From a virus (Duplodnaviria; Heunggongvirae; Uroviricota; Caudoviricetes), in IMG/VR virus record IMGVR_UViG_3300029702_000002: a stretch of DNA of 64,000 nt. One strand, 5' to 3'. Below, in pieces: positions 29,167-39,234 of this stretch (its first letter is position 1; each line of letters begins with the position of its first letter). The notes under the pieces were generated by a model that was not told the origin of the DNA, searched no databases, and saw only the letters and a list, made by a program, of their open reading frames with translations. The translations under genes were made by a program, and so were the position numbers.

Positions 29167-29502
29167 TTAAGCCTCAAATACTTGTCTGAATGGAGCGGTT
29201 AATACTGCGTACCCCTGATATCGCTTGACCGTATGACTGTCACATACAACTACAATCCGTTTTCCTCTTGGATTAACCCAATAGAACGACTCAACGCCTG
29301 CTCGCTCAGTCAGGAAGTCATCGATTGCATTAATTTCGTTGTATGATCTGGTAAAGGTTAACGACCATTCTTCTTTAATACGATTAAGACCTTGAGCCTG
29401 TCGCTGCTCGTAGTCATCACCAAAATTAAGTACCGTTACATTCGGTTTTACGCTTTTTTCAGATTCGTAATCTGGATACCAATTAAACGTTTGTCTTTCC
29501 AT
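29167..29502 (-). CDS. Minor tail protein, lambda M-like
   Basis: 111 aa; position and FGDDYEQRQAQGLN similarity to lambda M. Confidence 0.75.
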   Translation of the reverse strand: MERQTFNWYPDYESEKSVKPNVTVLNFGDDYEQRQAQGLNRIKEEWSLTFTRSYNEINAIDDFLTERAGVESFYWVNPRGKRIVVVCDSHTVKRYQGYAVLTAPFRQVFEA

Positions 29503-29544
29503 CTCACATCCTTGTGAGACTGCCCCGACCGGGGCAGTCGATAG

Positions 29545-32500
29545 TTAGTTACGTTGAGTGTTTGGGTTGAGTGATCCGCCAGGGCGTTTCTCTTGAGCGA
29601 TAGTCTCAAGCGCGATTGCTTTCATCCGTTGAGCGGCATTGTTCCATATGCTTTCTGTATCGCCGGATTCAGTTGTGCTACCGTCACTATGGACGTTGAT
29701 CTCAATTGATACCGGAGAAAGAACATTTCCTCCTCCACTCATACCATCGGTACTGAGCGTTACAGGGATTGTTCGACCATCAGGCAATGGAACATACGCC
29801 TCATTCATATCGCCTTCCCCAAACAACGCCAATTGAGGTGAGTTGGCGATACCGCCTTTCTGGTATGCCCGGAGCGGGATCACGCCGTCTTTTCCGAATA
29901 TGCCACCATTTGCAAACTTCGGAATTGCAGGAATACCATTCGTGCCATCGGCAGCAGAACTGGTCAGATTGTTGAACCCGGAAGTTGAGCCAGAAGAACC
30001 GGACATCAATCCATCGAATCCACCACCAGCCCATACTGAAACCAAACCAGATGCAACTGTCGCGCCGAAATTCAACCACTTATTACCAGAGCCGGAAGCA
30101 TTAGCTCCAAGCATTGCAAACGCGGCAGACAGAGCGCCGGTAACAGAGCTGAGGTTCTGCATCGAGAAGATGGAGTCCTTCACTGCTTTTGTCTCAGCAT
30201 CTTTGGCTTCGGTGCTATCAAATAGCCCCGATACCCAGCTACCAATCGCATTTGTTGCTGTGCCAATTGCGCTGGTGGTCTGCTGTGTTGTTTGCCCCAA
30301 TCCAGTTACCGAACTGGACGTCTCCTTCGTGGCTTCTCCTACAGACTTGTCGCCGTTAACAGTGTTGCCCATTCGTACCCCTTGATTGGCAACGGCGGAA
30401 GCAACCCCGGTCAGCAAATTACCACTCTGTGAACTACCAGCAGCGGTGGTTCCCATCCCCAACATGTTCATTAGAGGCAGCGTGATCTGCGACTTCACGA
30501 CCATATTGGTGATATCTTTCAAAATGGACTGAGATAGGCTGGAGAAGCTCATCTTCCCGTTAATAACGAAATCAGTCAGGACATCAGTTAAGCCACTAAA
30601 CAAATCAGTCCAGGTGCTTTCGATCTGCTCTGCCAGGTTTTCGTATTCCAGTGCCAACTTCTGCGTCGCAGTCCCCGTCTCTTTAATAAGCGCGGTATTG
30701 CCAGCAGCAATCAGTTGATTGATTTTCTTTGTATAAAGCGCCACAACTTTAGGATCAGACGCCTTATCACGAAGTTCTATCAACGCTTTGAGATTGCGGT
30801 TGTAGGTGTCTTCGAAATCAGCAACTTTATCTTCGCGAGACGGCGTATAGCCAGCACTAATAATGGAATCCGACTCCGGTGCCCAGGTGGAGATCATCTG
30901 CTCAACATTGCGGCGATTAAACATCTCGCGATATTCAGGTGTCGCATTTTTGAGGTCTTCAAGACGTTTTTTCGCCTTGTCGATCATCTCTTGAGTGATG
31001 AACTCGTTAGGAACCGCATTAGCCAAATCTGTCAGCGATTTCGTTGTATCGCGAAGAGACTGATCAAACGATACCGTAGCCTTAGAGCTTTCACCCATTT
31101 GCCCCATAAGCTGATCGGCTTTGTCCAGAGCCTTCTGGTATCCGGCTGCCAGTTTCTGTTGCGCTGCCTGTTCCTTCTTGGCCGCACGCTGCGAGGCGTT
31201 AGCTGATCGTTGGGCTGCTTTCTCGGCAGCTGCTGCATCCTGTTCACGAGCTTTAGTCAGTGCAGCAATAGCTGCGGCACGCTCTTCATCGCTCATTTTC
31301 TCCAGAGAGCTGGCGCTGGATGCTTTCTGCAAATTAAGCTGCGTCTTGAGTTGTTTAGGCCCAATAATCGGCTTACCTTCGAAGTCCATCATCGGAGTGC
31401 CGTCAGGCAAAGTACGTTGATAAGTCGCAGAATCCATCTGGTTTCGCATATATTGCGCCAGCGCCTTCTGAGCAGCTTTATCAGTTGTACCTAACCCAAG
31501 AACAGTCCCCTGGTTTGACATTACGCCCTTACCAGTTTTGGCCGCGTTATCTCTCTCGAACTCTGCCTGAGTCAGCTCCTGAGCAACGGCTTCCAAATGC
31601 TCCTGATAACCACGAATACTGCCTTGCAGTTTCTGGATCTGCTCGGTATTTCCATCCTTTTTGGCTTTTTCAAGCTGATCATTAAGAGTCGCAATTTGCT
31701 TCTCGGTCGCATTCTTACGAGAAGAAAGTGAATCAACCAGTTTTTGCGCAGGCTCCAGATAGCTTTTGTTTACCGTTTCACGTAACGGTGCCAATAGCTT
31801 GTTCTTTTCGTCATCTGAAAGTGAACCGTCATCATTGATTTTCTGGATCTTATCCAGAGCCTCTTGCCGGGCTTTCACGAATGTTGCCGCGAAAATCTGG
31901 TTTTCCGCTCGAATTTTCTCAATCTGAGATTCGGCAGCCTCTTTAGCCAAACGCTTTGCTACAGCGCCGTCACCAAGAGCTATCGTGCCGGTTATCTTTT
32001 GATACTCCTCCTGATTTTTTTTCAGGCGTGCTTCGATGTCAGCCTTCGACTCTTTGTGAGTAATAACACCGGCAGAGTTAGATACGTAATTAACACCCTC
32101 ACCAGTTTTTAATGCTCGTTGATCAGCAAGAATCTGCTTTTCGAGCTTTTCTGCGCGGTCGGCCATTTGTGCACGTTTGGCCGCTGTCATCGCTTCTGGT
32201 ATTTTCCTAATCTCGTCAACGACCTTTGAAGTTTCGCTGCGGAGCATGGTCATGTACGTGATTAGGCCAGCAACAGCTACAGTGGCAACTGTAAATGCTG
32301 CCCCTATAGGGTTTGCTGCAATGAACGCCGTTAATCCAGCAAAAGCGCCTTTAAGCCCCGTAATCGCCCCACGGATGGCGAAAATAAGAGAGGGGATCGG
32401 AGCCAGCCCCATACGTGCCGCACGATTGAATCGAGTTACTGCTGTAGCGCCGAGGTTAAATGGAGTCTGTATGGCGGTCGCCATCGTGGCAAAGGTGCTA

Positions 32501-34125
32501 ACCATCTGGCTCCCAGCGCCAACTACCCCCATGATCCCTGCTCGCATCAGTTTGAACGCAACCATCGCGGCCACGACCTTACCGAGATTAATTACCAGCT
32601 CTTGGTTCTTTGCTAACCATTGAGCAAGCTGACGCAACCCATCGATTGCCGTTGTTAACCCCGAACCTAAAGAATTGGCAAACGAAATCCCTTCGGCGCT
32701 ATTCATGATTGAAGCCAGTTCTTTCATCCCCTTCGATAGAGAATCCAGATATCCGGCCTGACCAACCCGATCAGCAAATAACGTGAATGACGTCTGAAGT
32801 TGCGCCAGCGCACCTGTGTAGGTTTGCATCATGTCTTTCGCTGCGTTCTCATTCTCCGCACGCAGACCAACAAACATCAGAGACAACGCCTGTTTTGCCT
32901 CAACCGTACCGCTGGCAACGGCTTTAGTCAGTTCCCCCATAGTGATGCCTGCGGCGTCTGCCATTGCCTGCATCGCGTTAGGAACGGCTTCACCTAATTG
33001 CTGACGTAGCTCTTCCATTGACACAACGCCCTTACCGGACATCTGCTGAACGGCCACAGCCGCACGTTTCAACAGCTCACTATCACCACCAAAACGAGCA
33101 ACGGAGTCCACCAGCGCCTTCAGAGAACCATCGGTTGGATCTAAGCCAGCAGAACGAAACTTCACGAAGGAGTCTGTTAACGCCTGCATCGCGAACGGCG
33201 CATTTTGAGCCATGTCTACGATGTACTTCATATCATCAGCGGCAGCCTGGCCCGGGTTGGACTTCTCCTTATTCAACCCTCGAAGCATCACCCGCATACG
33301 TTCCATTTCGGCCGCAGCTTCAACAATAGGCTTCTGCCACCCAAACATGATGTCAGTAACCGTTCTGGCTGCATCTCCGATCTCGCCAAGCAGGAAAATG
33401 TTGCCACGCAGGCCAGAGAACATACCTCCTTCGTTACTTTTACCGCTATGGCCAGAAGCGCCGCTACGCCGCCCGCTACCACCATCACCACTTCCAGATG
33501 TACGAACGCGTACCGGCTTGCTAATCAGTTGCTGACGTCCGATAACTTCGTCCATCTGCTCACGAACCTTTTTCAGTCCCTCGGCAGCCTGACTCGTTGT
33601 GACACCCCAATTACTGAGTCGCTTCGTCGTGGTATTAAGGCGCGTATTCATGCCACTCACGGACGCAGAGGCTTCTTTGACCTCCGTACCAAAGCGGCTT
33701 GCGCTTTTGCTTGCATAGGTCGCCCAATCAGAGAAATCATTTAGCTCTGATTGCACTTTACGTAATGACGCGGTGAGTTTATCTACTGAAGAAGTTGTCG
33801 TATCGACGCGCTCAATCAGGGCTTTAAGGCTGGTGATGTTGCCACGCATTTTACGCGTAGCATCTGAAGCAAGCTCAAAACCGGCAGCTACATCCTGTAG
33901 TTTATCTGCCGTAGAATCGAGCTTGCTTTCCAGAACGCCAATGATACGGGCGACCGAACCCAAAGAGCGTTCAAAGGTTTGGATTTTTTGAGCAGGCTTT
34001 GTTACCTGCTCACCAAATCGAGTAAGCAGTTTCCCCGCACGATCGATTGACGCTGTAAACTGTTTGTCTTCCAGCGACAGGATAAACTCTACGTTTTGTG
34101 ACATTCCCTTGTCATCCTCTGCCAA
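29545..34125 (-). CDS. Tail tape measure protein (1526 aa)
   Basis: Size, coiled-coil-rich N-half, Gly/Ala-rich hydrophobic segments, position upstream of M/L/K/I/J. Confidence 0.9.
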   Translation of the reverse strand: MAEDDKGMSQNVEFILSLEDKQFTASIDRAGKLLTRFGEQVTKPAQKIQTFERSLGSVARIIGVLESKLDSTADKLQDVAAGFELASDATRKMRGNITSLKALIERVDTTTSSVDKLTASLRKVQSELNDFSDWATYASKSASRFGTEVKEASASVSGMNTRLNTTTKRLSNWGVTTSQAAEGLKKVREQMDEVIGRQQLISKPVRVRTSGSGDGGSGRRSGASGHSGKSNEGGMFSGLRGNIFLLGEIGDAARTVTDIMFGWQKPIVEAAAEMERMRVMLRGLNKEKSNPGQAAADDMKYIVDMAQNAPFAMQALTDSFVKFRSAGLDPTDGSLKALVDSVARFGGDSELLKRAAVAVQQMSGKGVVSMEELRQQLGEAVPNAMQAMADAAGITMGELTKAVASGTVEAKQALSLMFVGLRAENENAAKDMMQTYTGALAQLQTSFTLFADRVGQAGYLDSLSKGMKELASIMNSAEGISFANSLGSGLTTAIDGLRQLAQWLAKNQELVINLGKVVAAMVAFKLMRAGIMGVVGAGSQMVSTFATMATAIQTPFNLGATAVTRFNRAARMGLAPIPSLIFAIRGAITGLKGAFAGLTAFIAANPIGAAFTVATVAVAGLITYMTMLRSETSKVVDEIRKIPEAMTAAKRAQMADRAEKLEKQILADQRALKTGEGVNYVSNSAGVITHKESKADIEARLKKNQEEYQKITGTIALGDGAVAKRLAKEAAESQIEKIRAENQIFAATFVKARQEALDKIQKINDDGSLSDDEKNKLLAPLRETVNKSYLEPAQKLVDSLSSRKNATEKQIATLNDQLEKAKKDGNTEQIQKLQGSIRGYQEHLEAVAQELTQAEFERDNAAKTGKGVMSNQGTVLGLGTTDKAAQKALAQYMRNQMDSATYQRTLPDGTPMMDFEGKPIIGPKQLKTQLNLQKASSASSLEKMSDEERAAAIAALTKAREQDAAAAEKAAQRSANASQRAAKKEQAAQQKLAAGYQKALDKADQLMGQMGESSKATVSFDQSLRDTTKSLTDLANAVPNEFITQEMIDKAKKRLEDLKNATPEYREMFNRRNVEQMISTWAPESDSIISAGYTPSREDKVADFEDTYNRNLKALIELRDKASDPKVVALYTKKINQLIAAGNTALIKETGTATQKLALEYENLAEQIESTWTDLFSGLTDVLTDFVINGKMSFSSLSQSILKDITNMVVKSQITLPLMNMLGMGTTAAGSSQSGNLLTGVASAVANQGVRMGNTVNGDKSVGEATKETSSSVTGLGQTTQQTTSAIGTATNAIGSWVSGLFDSTEAKDAETKAVKDSIFSMQNLSSVTGALSAAFAMLGANASGSGNKWLNFGATVASGLVSVWAGGGFDGLMSGSSGSTSGFNNLTSSAADGTNGIPAIPKFANGGIFGKDGVIPLRAYQKGGIANSPQLALFGEGDMNEAYVPLPDGRTIPVTLSTDGMSGGGNVLSPVSIEINVHSDGSTTESGDTESIWNNAAQRMKAIALETIAQEKRPGGSLNPNTQRN

Positions 34126-34381
34126 ATATTTGCATCAGTTGCTCTTTGGCGTCAGGGTCTGCCTTATCCTGGCTTGGATCGTAGACTTTATCTGTTACGA
34201 CTGGTCTTCCAATCCTGAGTTGCAAACCCTCCATGAACGCCTTCACAGCCTCGCCATCCGCCTGGGACGCACGAGCGACTTGTAAGTTGCGGACATCCTC
34301 TTCCGCACGCAGACGGTCTATATTGCGACTGAGCATCCAGAACATCGTGAGAGGAACGTTCAGTAGCTCTAATGGCGACAC
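34112..34381 (-). CDS. Tail assembly chaperone extension (lambda T-like; probable -1 frameshift product with upstream G-like ORF)
   Basis: ORF frame is open across the stop of 34462-34779 and is -1 relative to it; canonical G/T position before tape measure. Confidence 0.45.
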   Translation of the reverse strand: MSPLELLNVPLTMFWMLSRNIDRLRAEEDVRNLQVARASQADGEAVKAFMEGLQLRIGRPVVTDKVYDPSQDKADPDAKEQLMQIFGRG

Positions 34382-34461
34382 GGCGTAGTGAGCAACTACA
34401 CGACTGAAATAGAATCCGAGATCTATTGAGACGGTCCTTGTCCCGGATTCATCGCGGGAAA

Positions 34462-34779
34462 TTACTTTGCCCCTTCGCCAGCCGCTTTTTCGTTTTCTTC
34501 ATCAATCACTTCCATAGCGAAGGTGAAGATCTGCTGGAGTTGCGGAACAGTCAGTTTTTCAAGAACTTCGTCAGGTACTGAAGGGATAACCTTACGAACC
34601 AGATCTGCATAAGCTGTCACTTGCTCAACAGGAGACATGTTCATGAGATCTTTGCCTTCCATCTGCTTGATGGAAACGAACAGACCTACCGTCATTTCAA
34701 CGATGGGATATTCCTGACCGCCAAATTTGATGCTTTTCTTCGGAGGCAGAATGGAATCGAGATCGAGTAATTTGGTCAT
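34462..34779 (-). CDS. Tail assembly chaperone (lambda G-like)
   Basis: 105-aa acidic ORF between major tail protein and tape measure. Confidence 0.55.
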   Translation of the reverse strand: MTKLLDLDSILPPKKSIKFGGQEYPIVEMTVGLFVSIKQMEGKDLMNMSPVEQVTAYADLVRKVIPSVPDEVLEKLTVPQLQQIFTFAMEVIDEENEKAAGEGAK

Positions 34780-34834
34780 TGGTTAAAATCCTTTTAAAAG
34801 AGAGGCTCATCCTGAGCCTCTGCTTAATTACTGA

Positions 34835-35617
34835 TTAACCTGCGGAGTTAATCGTTACTGACTTAGTAGCCTTCTTAGAACCGCTATTGCTGGTGAAGGA
34901 GATGTTTGCAGTACCCTGCGCCACACCGCGCACAAGACCCGTTTGATCTACCGTGGCCTTTTCCTGGTCTTCGGATTCCCAAACACCGGTTTTGTCTGCG
35001 GCATCAGCTGGAGTGATTTCGGCTGTCAGTTGCACAGTTTCTCCAGCTTTTACGGTTGGAGATTCCGGTTTGATCGACACGGTTTTTACCGGTTTAGGGC
35101 CGCTCATTCTTCCCAGAACGCCTTCGTCATCAGGGTACGCACTGAACTGAACAGAGAACACACGAACATCATCAGACTGGTAAGTCATGGTGAAGTTACC
35201 TGCGGTCGCAGCTTTCGGGATGGTCAGAACGTAGTCGGTAGTGTCCTGCGGAGTCAGAACCAGCTCTTTGGCTACGTCGATCAGGTTGACACCCTGTGCG
35301 GAAGTGATGGTCACAGCGTTGTCGTCTTCGTTCAGAGTAGACCCCGGCATCAGATCGACCATATTTTTCAACACAGACTCGGCCAGCGGCGCAGTAATGG
35401 TAATGTTACGACCCTGCACCAGCTCGGACATAATTGTCTGCCCGTGCTGGTCGACAGTGACTTTCAGCGTTTCAGTGGCTACTTCAACCTGAACACCACC
35501 TTTGGTGTAACCCAAATCCACACCACCAAACGACACCTTACAGGCACCAAGTTTGATGTTTTTTACATGGGTATTAGACATTGATGGAAAACTCCTTTTT
35601 CCGTTAATTCTACGCAT
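34835..35617 (-). CDS. Major tail protein with C-terminal Ig-like (Big_2) domain
   Basis: Position; C-terminal VKTVSIKPESPTVKAGETVQLTAEITPADAADKTGVWESEDQEKATVDQTGLVRGVAQGTANI is a Big_2-type repeat. Confidence 0.65.
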   Translation of the reverse strand: MRRINGKRSFPSMSNTHVKNIKLGACKVSFGGVDLGYTKGGVQVEVATETLKVTVDQHGQTIMSELVQGRNITITAPLAESVLKNMVDLMPGSTLNEDDNAVTITSAQGVNLIDVAKELVLTPQDTTDYVLTIPKAATAGNFTMTYQSDDVRVFSVQFSAYPDDEGVLGRMSGPKPVKTVSIKPESPTVKAGETVQLTAEITPADAADKTGVWESEDQEKATVDQTGLVRGVAQGTANISFTSNSGSKKATKSVTINSAG

Positions 35618-35655
35618 TCATTGCGCTAATAGTAAGTATATACTTACCGATTAAC

Positions 35656-36039
35656 TTAATTCAATAAATAGCCAGCAAATTCAACAGGAATGCCTGCTTC
35701 TATTAATGCTCCATCATTTTTGGGATAAATGATTGGCATCGCAATCGGTCGTACCAGTCGAAAATAAACACCACCAGATTCCGTTTCCTCTACTGGAAAC
35801 ATCTCAATGATTTTATTGGCTTTCTCAACCGTCGTAGTAATTGACGAACCACGCACAATGATTGTGAATGATTCGTGATAAAAGCCCTGTAGCTCATGAT
35901 CGATGCTGATACCGGTATTTGGGTTAATAAGCAGGACGCCAGATTTCACATTGGCAGGCAAGTAGTGACAGAAAATGTCAGTCCCGACCGTGCCAATCTT
36001 TGCCTTCTGCATCAAACTTGCAAACGCTTCAATAAACAC
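35656..36039 (-). CDS. Tail completion/terminator-type protein (start uncertain)
   Basis: ORF 35656-36162 overlaps upstream gene; GTG at 36039 with GAGAGG site chosen. Confidence 0.45.
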   Translation of the reverse strand: MFIEAFASLMQKAKIGTVGTDIFCHYLPANVKSGVLLINPNTGISIDHELQGFYHESFTIIVRGSSITTTVEKANKIIEMFPVEETESGGVYFRLVRPIAMPIIYPKNDGALIEAGIPVEFAGYLLN

Positions 36040-36040
36040 A

Positions 36041-36514
36041 TTAACCTCTCGTAAATCCGGCTTTTCTGGCAGCCTCAAGAATCGCTTCTGAGAACTGCTT
36101 CTCGCTAATTTCCACCGCTCTTTCCAGAAAGTGTGGCCCAACACGGGGTTTAACACCGGCAATTGGTGGGTTTGTCACGTTCTTCATTCGAGAAAGATAA
36201 CCGAGTCGGTATTTACCCAGCTCCATGTACTTAGCATAGTCACCTACTTCTACGCCCGGATGCCCCTGACGTGGTTTTGCTCCAGACACAGAAAGCTCAA
36301 TACGCAGCCCTGAATAACCTTCTTTAATCACCCTGGCAAAGATGGCTGTCTCCAGAGATCCGGTTTCCAGCGGGGCCATTGCACGGCTGAGGCGCTCAAC
36401 CAAACGCGCCAGCTTTTCCATGTCCCGAATAAGATATCGCTTAAATGCTTTCTGGCTGTTGTTGAGTCTATTCCCCGCACGTTTGAACTGATGCGCATCG
36501 TATTTCAGACCCAT
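36041..36514 (-). CDS. Head-tail joining/neck protein (hypothetical, 157 aa)
   Basis: Position in head-tail connector region. Confidence 0.5.
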   Translation of the reverse strand: MGLKYDAHQFKRAGNRLNNSQKAFKRYLIRDMEKLARLVERLSRAMAPLETGSLETAIFARVIKEGYSGLRIELSVSGAKPRQGHPGVEVGDYAKYMELGKYRLGYLSRMKNVTNPPIAGVKPRVGPHFLERAVEISEKQFSEAILEAARKAGFTRG

Positions 36515-36849
36515 ATATTCGCCCCTACTTCAAGATGCCCAGGTCTTCCTCGTAGCCCCCAGCGGCGATGAACACTGGACACCTTTAATTTTTGACCTTC
36601 AAGGATCAGTACATCATCAAGTTGTACAGCCGCTTCTAAAGGGACAACTAACACAGCATCAAACAGCTCCAGACTCGCCTTACCACGACTACCAGAGCTA
36701 TCAGCACGAACTGACGATTTCTCATTACTCTGTTCGAACTTAACCACGCCGACATTCGTCTTCCTGACGAATTGTAATTGCGCCTCACCGTAAACGTTCT
36801 TTGCGCCAAAGCGGTAGATCGCAATTTCTGTTTGCCATGAAATATTCAT
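36505..36849 (-). CDS. Head-tail adaptor-like protein (hypothetical)
   Basis: Start placed at internal ATG with GGGAGAGAGC site; longer ORF to 36945 also possible. Confidence 0.45.
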   Translation of the reverse strand: MNISWQTEIAIYRFGAKNVYGEAQLQFVRKTNVGVVKFEQSNEKSSVRADSSGSRGKASLELFDAVLVVPLEAAVQLDDVLILEGQKLKVSSVHRRWGLRGRPGHLEVGANIWV

Positions 36850-36928
36850 GCTCTCTCCCTGTTGTTGTCGGTCGCTCTCATTACTGGCCAAAAAACCTTT
36901 CGACCAAAAGTAAATAATGCGACTGGCG

Positions 36929-37762
36929 TTACGCACGGCGAACAATCATACGGTTGTTGATGTAACTGACCAGCAAGCGCCAGGTACTACGAGCCACATG
37001 CACGTTTGCAGCTTTACCGGTACGGTACATGTTGGTTGTTTCACCGATGGACTCTGACAAAATGCCATCCTCTCGTGCTGCGGCTACATCATTGCCATTT
37101 GCGATCTCACACGCTTCGTTGACAACGGCAAGCATCAACGCTTCTTTGAAGTAGTCAGGGAACTCTTCAAACTTCTCCTGCGTCATCTTTTCCCAATCGA
37201 CTAAATCATGCCGGTACGCTCCATCTGCTCCCCACGGAATGTCATACACATTCAGCATATTTTGAGGGCGATCGTATCGGTCAAAGTCGATACGTAGAAT
37301 TTTGCGGATTGAGAACGGTAAAGTTTTAATTCGTCTGGTAGCCTCAATGAGACGCTTGCGCATTAAGCCTTCACCATCCGACAGCAAAGTGTCCCCATTC
37401 AGCATATCGATCGCCTGCATTTGAGCATCAGCGACAGTTGCAAACGACTGTTCTGGTATCGACAGTTCAAAACTATTCAGCAGAACATACATTTGCCGCT
37501 CTTCATGCGTCAGACCCGATGCAACAGCCTTCACAATGACGTACCGCAGATCTCGCTCTTTCTCAGAGAGCTGGTTATATTCAGCCGACACGACAACCGG
37601 AATCGACATTTGACCGATGGTAATTTCTAGCGGCTCGCCATCAACGAGAATAGCCCCGGTGCTGTCCTTTACTGTGTAGGTGGCAGATTCGATATCCAGC
37701 ACGTTGAAGGCAAATGAAAGAGAAACAGCTTCACCGCTACGATACGAGTCGATCTGCGCCAT
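36929..37762 (-). CDS. Hypothetical virion morphogenesis protein (277 aa)
   Basis: ORF in structural operon. Confidence 0.55.
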   Translation of the reverse strand: MAQIDSYRSGEAVSLSFAFNVLDIESATYTVKDSTGAILVDGEPLEITIGQMSIPVVVSAEYNQLSEKERDLRYVIVKAVASGLTHEERQMYVLLNSFELSIPEQSFATVADAQMQAIDMLNGDTLLSDGEGLMRKRLIEATRRIKTLPFSIRKILRIDFDRYDRPQNMLNVYDIPWGADGAYRHDLVDWEKMTQEKFEEFPDYFKEALMLAVVNEACEIANGNDVAAAREDGILSESIGETTNMYRTGKAANVHVARSTWRLLVSYINNRMIVRRA

Positions 37763-38196
37763 TACTCACCGCCTTGTGCTTTCAGGATGCCGTCAATCAT
37801 TTCGACAATTCCTTTCGCTTTGACACCAACCTGATTACCAATAACTCGTAGACCGGCAATACCTTCGTTGTCTGCAATTGACTCCAGCTCTTCTCGTGTG
37901 AAAGTCTGGATCTGTTTGGCCGGTTCATCTGGTGTCCCACGTTTCATTGGCACAATGTCAGGCGCTGCTGGCTCGGTAATCAGGTCTGCTGTCAATTCAC
38001 CACGATCACTGTATGCGGCAGACGGAGAAACATTTTTGCCCTCTACTGTTGACGCTCGCATTGAAGCACAAATCCTTTGCTGATCGATAAAAGGCAACTC
38101 CGCTACGGACACCCCGTTCTCGAACTGAACGCCGCACAACATTCCCGAATAACCGGAAAATTGCGGTTCTAATAAAACAATTTTTGCTGGTTTCAT
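37762..38196 (-). CDS. Hypothetical structural protein (144 aa)
   Basis: ORF in structural operon, ATGA overlap with next gene. Confidence 0.5.
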   Translation of the reverse strand: MKPAKIVLLEPQFSGYSGMLCGVQFENGVSVAELPFIDQQRICASMRASTVEGKNVSPSAAYSDRGELTADLITEPAAPDIVPMKRGTPDEPAKQIQTFTREELESIADNEGIAGLRVIGNQVGVKAKGIVEMIDGILKAQGGE

Positions 38197-38240
38197 AACG
38201 CATTCTCTCTACATGGGCGGCTTTCGCCGCCCAATATTGA

Positions 38241-39161
38241 TTATTCCTGTGCAGCAGTGACTTCTACGGTCGCTGTCGCTTTGTGGCTACCATCTTGGGT
38301 AGTAACCTCGATTGTGGCAGTACCAGCCGCAACACCAGTTACAACACCGGTTTCGCTGTCAACCGTTGCAAACTCGGTATTTTTAGATTCCCAAGTAACG
38401 GTTTTATTTGTGGCTCCTGCCGGCTCGACATTTGCTGTCAGCTGAACAGTTTTGTTTGCCTCAACGGTTGTGCTATTTGGGTCGATTTCGACGCCGGTAA
38501 CAGCCACAACAGGCGCAGTTACTTCCACCGTTGCAGTTGCCTTTTTGCTACCATCTTGGGAAACGATCTCAATCGTCGCAGTGCCAACTTCTACACCAGT
38601 TACGTTCCCGCTCTGGTCTACCGTTGCCTTATCTTCATTTTTGGAAGACCAGGTAACAGCCTTATTCGTCGCATTTGACGGCTGAACATTCGCTTTCAGA
38701 CTGACTGATTTTCCTTTCTCAACAGAGGTTGAGTCTGGCGTTACCGTTACGGATTGAACGGCTACCGGATTTACGGTGACTTCCACTGAAGCGGAAAGCT
38801 GGGTTTCCTGATCAGTTGCAGTAATTTTTACTTTACCTGGGGCTACGCCAGTTACTAATCCAGTGCCGTTAACGGTTGCAATTTGGTCATTGGCTGACTT
38901 CCAGGTGAATGAACTGGCACTCTTACCCATACTAATACCTGCACTAAGTTGAACAGTTTTCCCAACCAAAACTGACGGTGAAGCCGGGGTTATGTTTACG
39001 GATTGGGAGAGGGGAACCGCCTGCAAACAAGCAGATAGCTGACTTTGTTGCCGCTCGGTTAAAGGTTCATCGGAGATAGAATTGGTAAATCCGGCACGGC
39101 ACATATGCCCCGTAAAATCCGAAAATGCCTCTTCCGTAATCTTCATCTTTTGTTCTGGCAT
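38241..39161 (-). CDS. Ig-like (Big_2) repeat protein, probable capsid decoration protein
   Basis: Three tandem Big_2-like repeats (VTVTP..T.V..GK.V.L.A.V.P..ATNK.VTW.S.N...ATVD..G.VTGV..GTATI). Confidence 0.7.
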   Translation of the reverse strand: MPEQKMKITEEAFSDFTGHMCRAGFTNSISDEPLTERQQSQLSACLQAVPLSQSVNITPASPSVLVGKTVQLSAGISMGKSASSFTWKSANDQIATVNGTGLVTGVAPGKVKITATDQETQLSASVEVTVNPVAVQSVTVTPDSTSVEKGKSVSLKANVQPSNATNKAVTWSSKNEDKATVDQSGNVTGVEVGTATIEIVSQDGSKKATATVEVTAPVVAVTGVEIDPNSTTVEANKTVQLTANVEPAGATNKTVTWESKNTEFATVDSETGVVTGVAAGTATIEVTTQDGSHKATATVEVTAAQE

Positions 39162-39234
39162 TTCTCGCTCCTACAAAAAGGGTGGGCGTATAGCCCACCC
39201 TTTAACATAGATAACTACTTATCTACTACACTGA

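Noticed and set aside
29639-33991. Numerous plus-strand ORFs inside the tape measure gene
   Set aside because: Antisense or out-of-frame to a 1526-aa gene with continuous coding signal; no ribosome-binding sites
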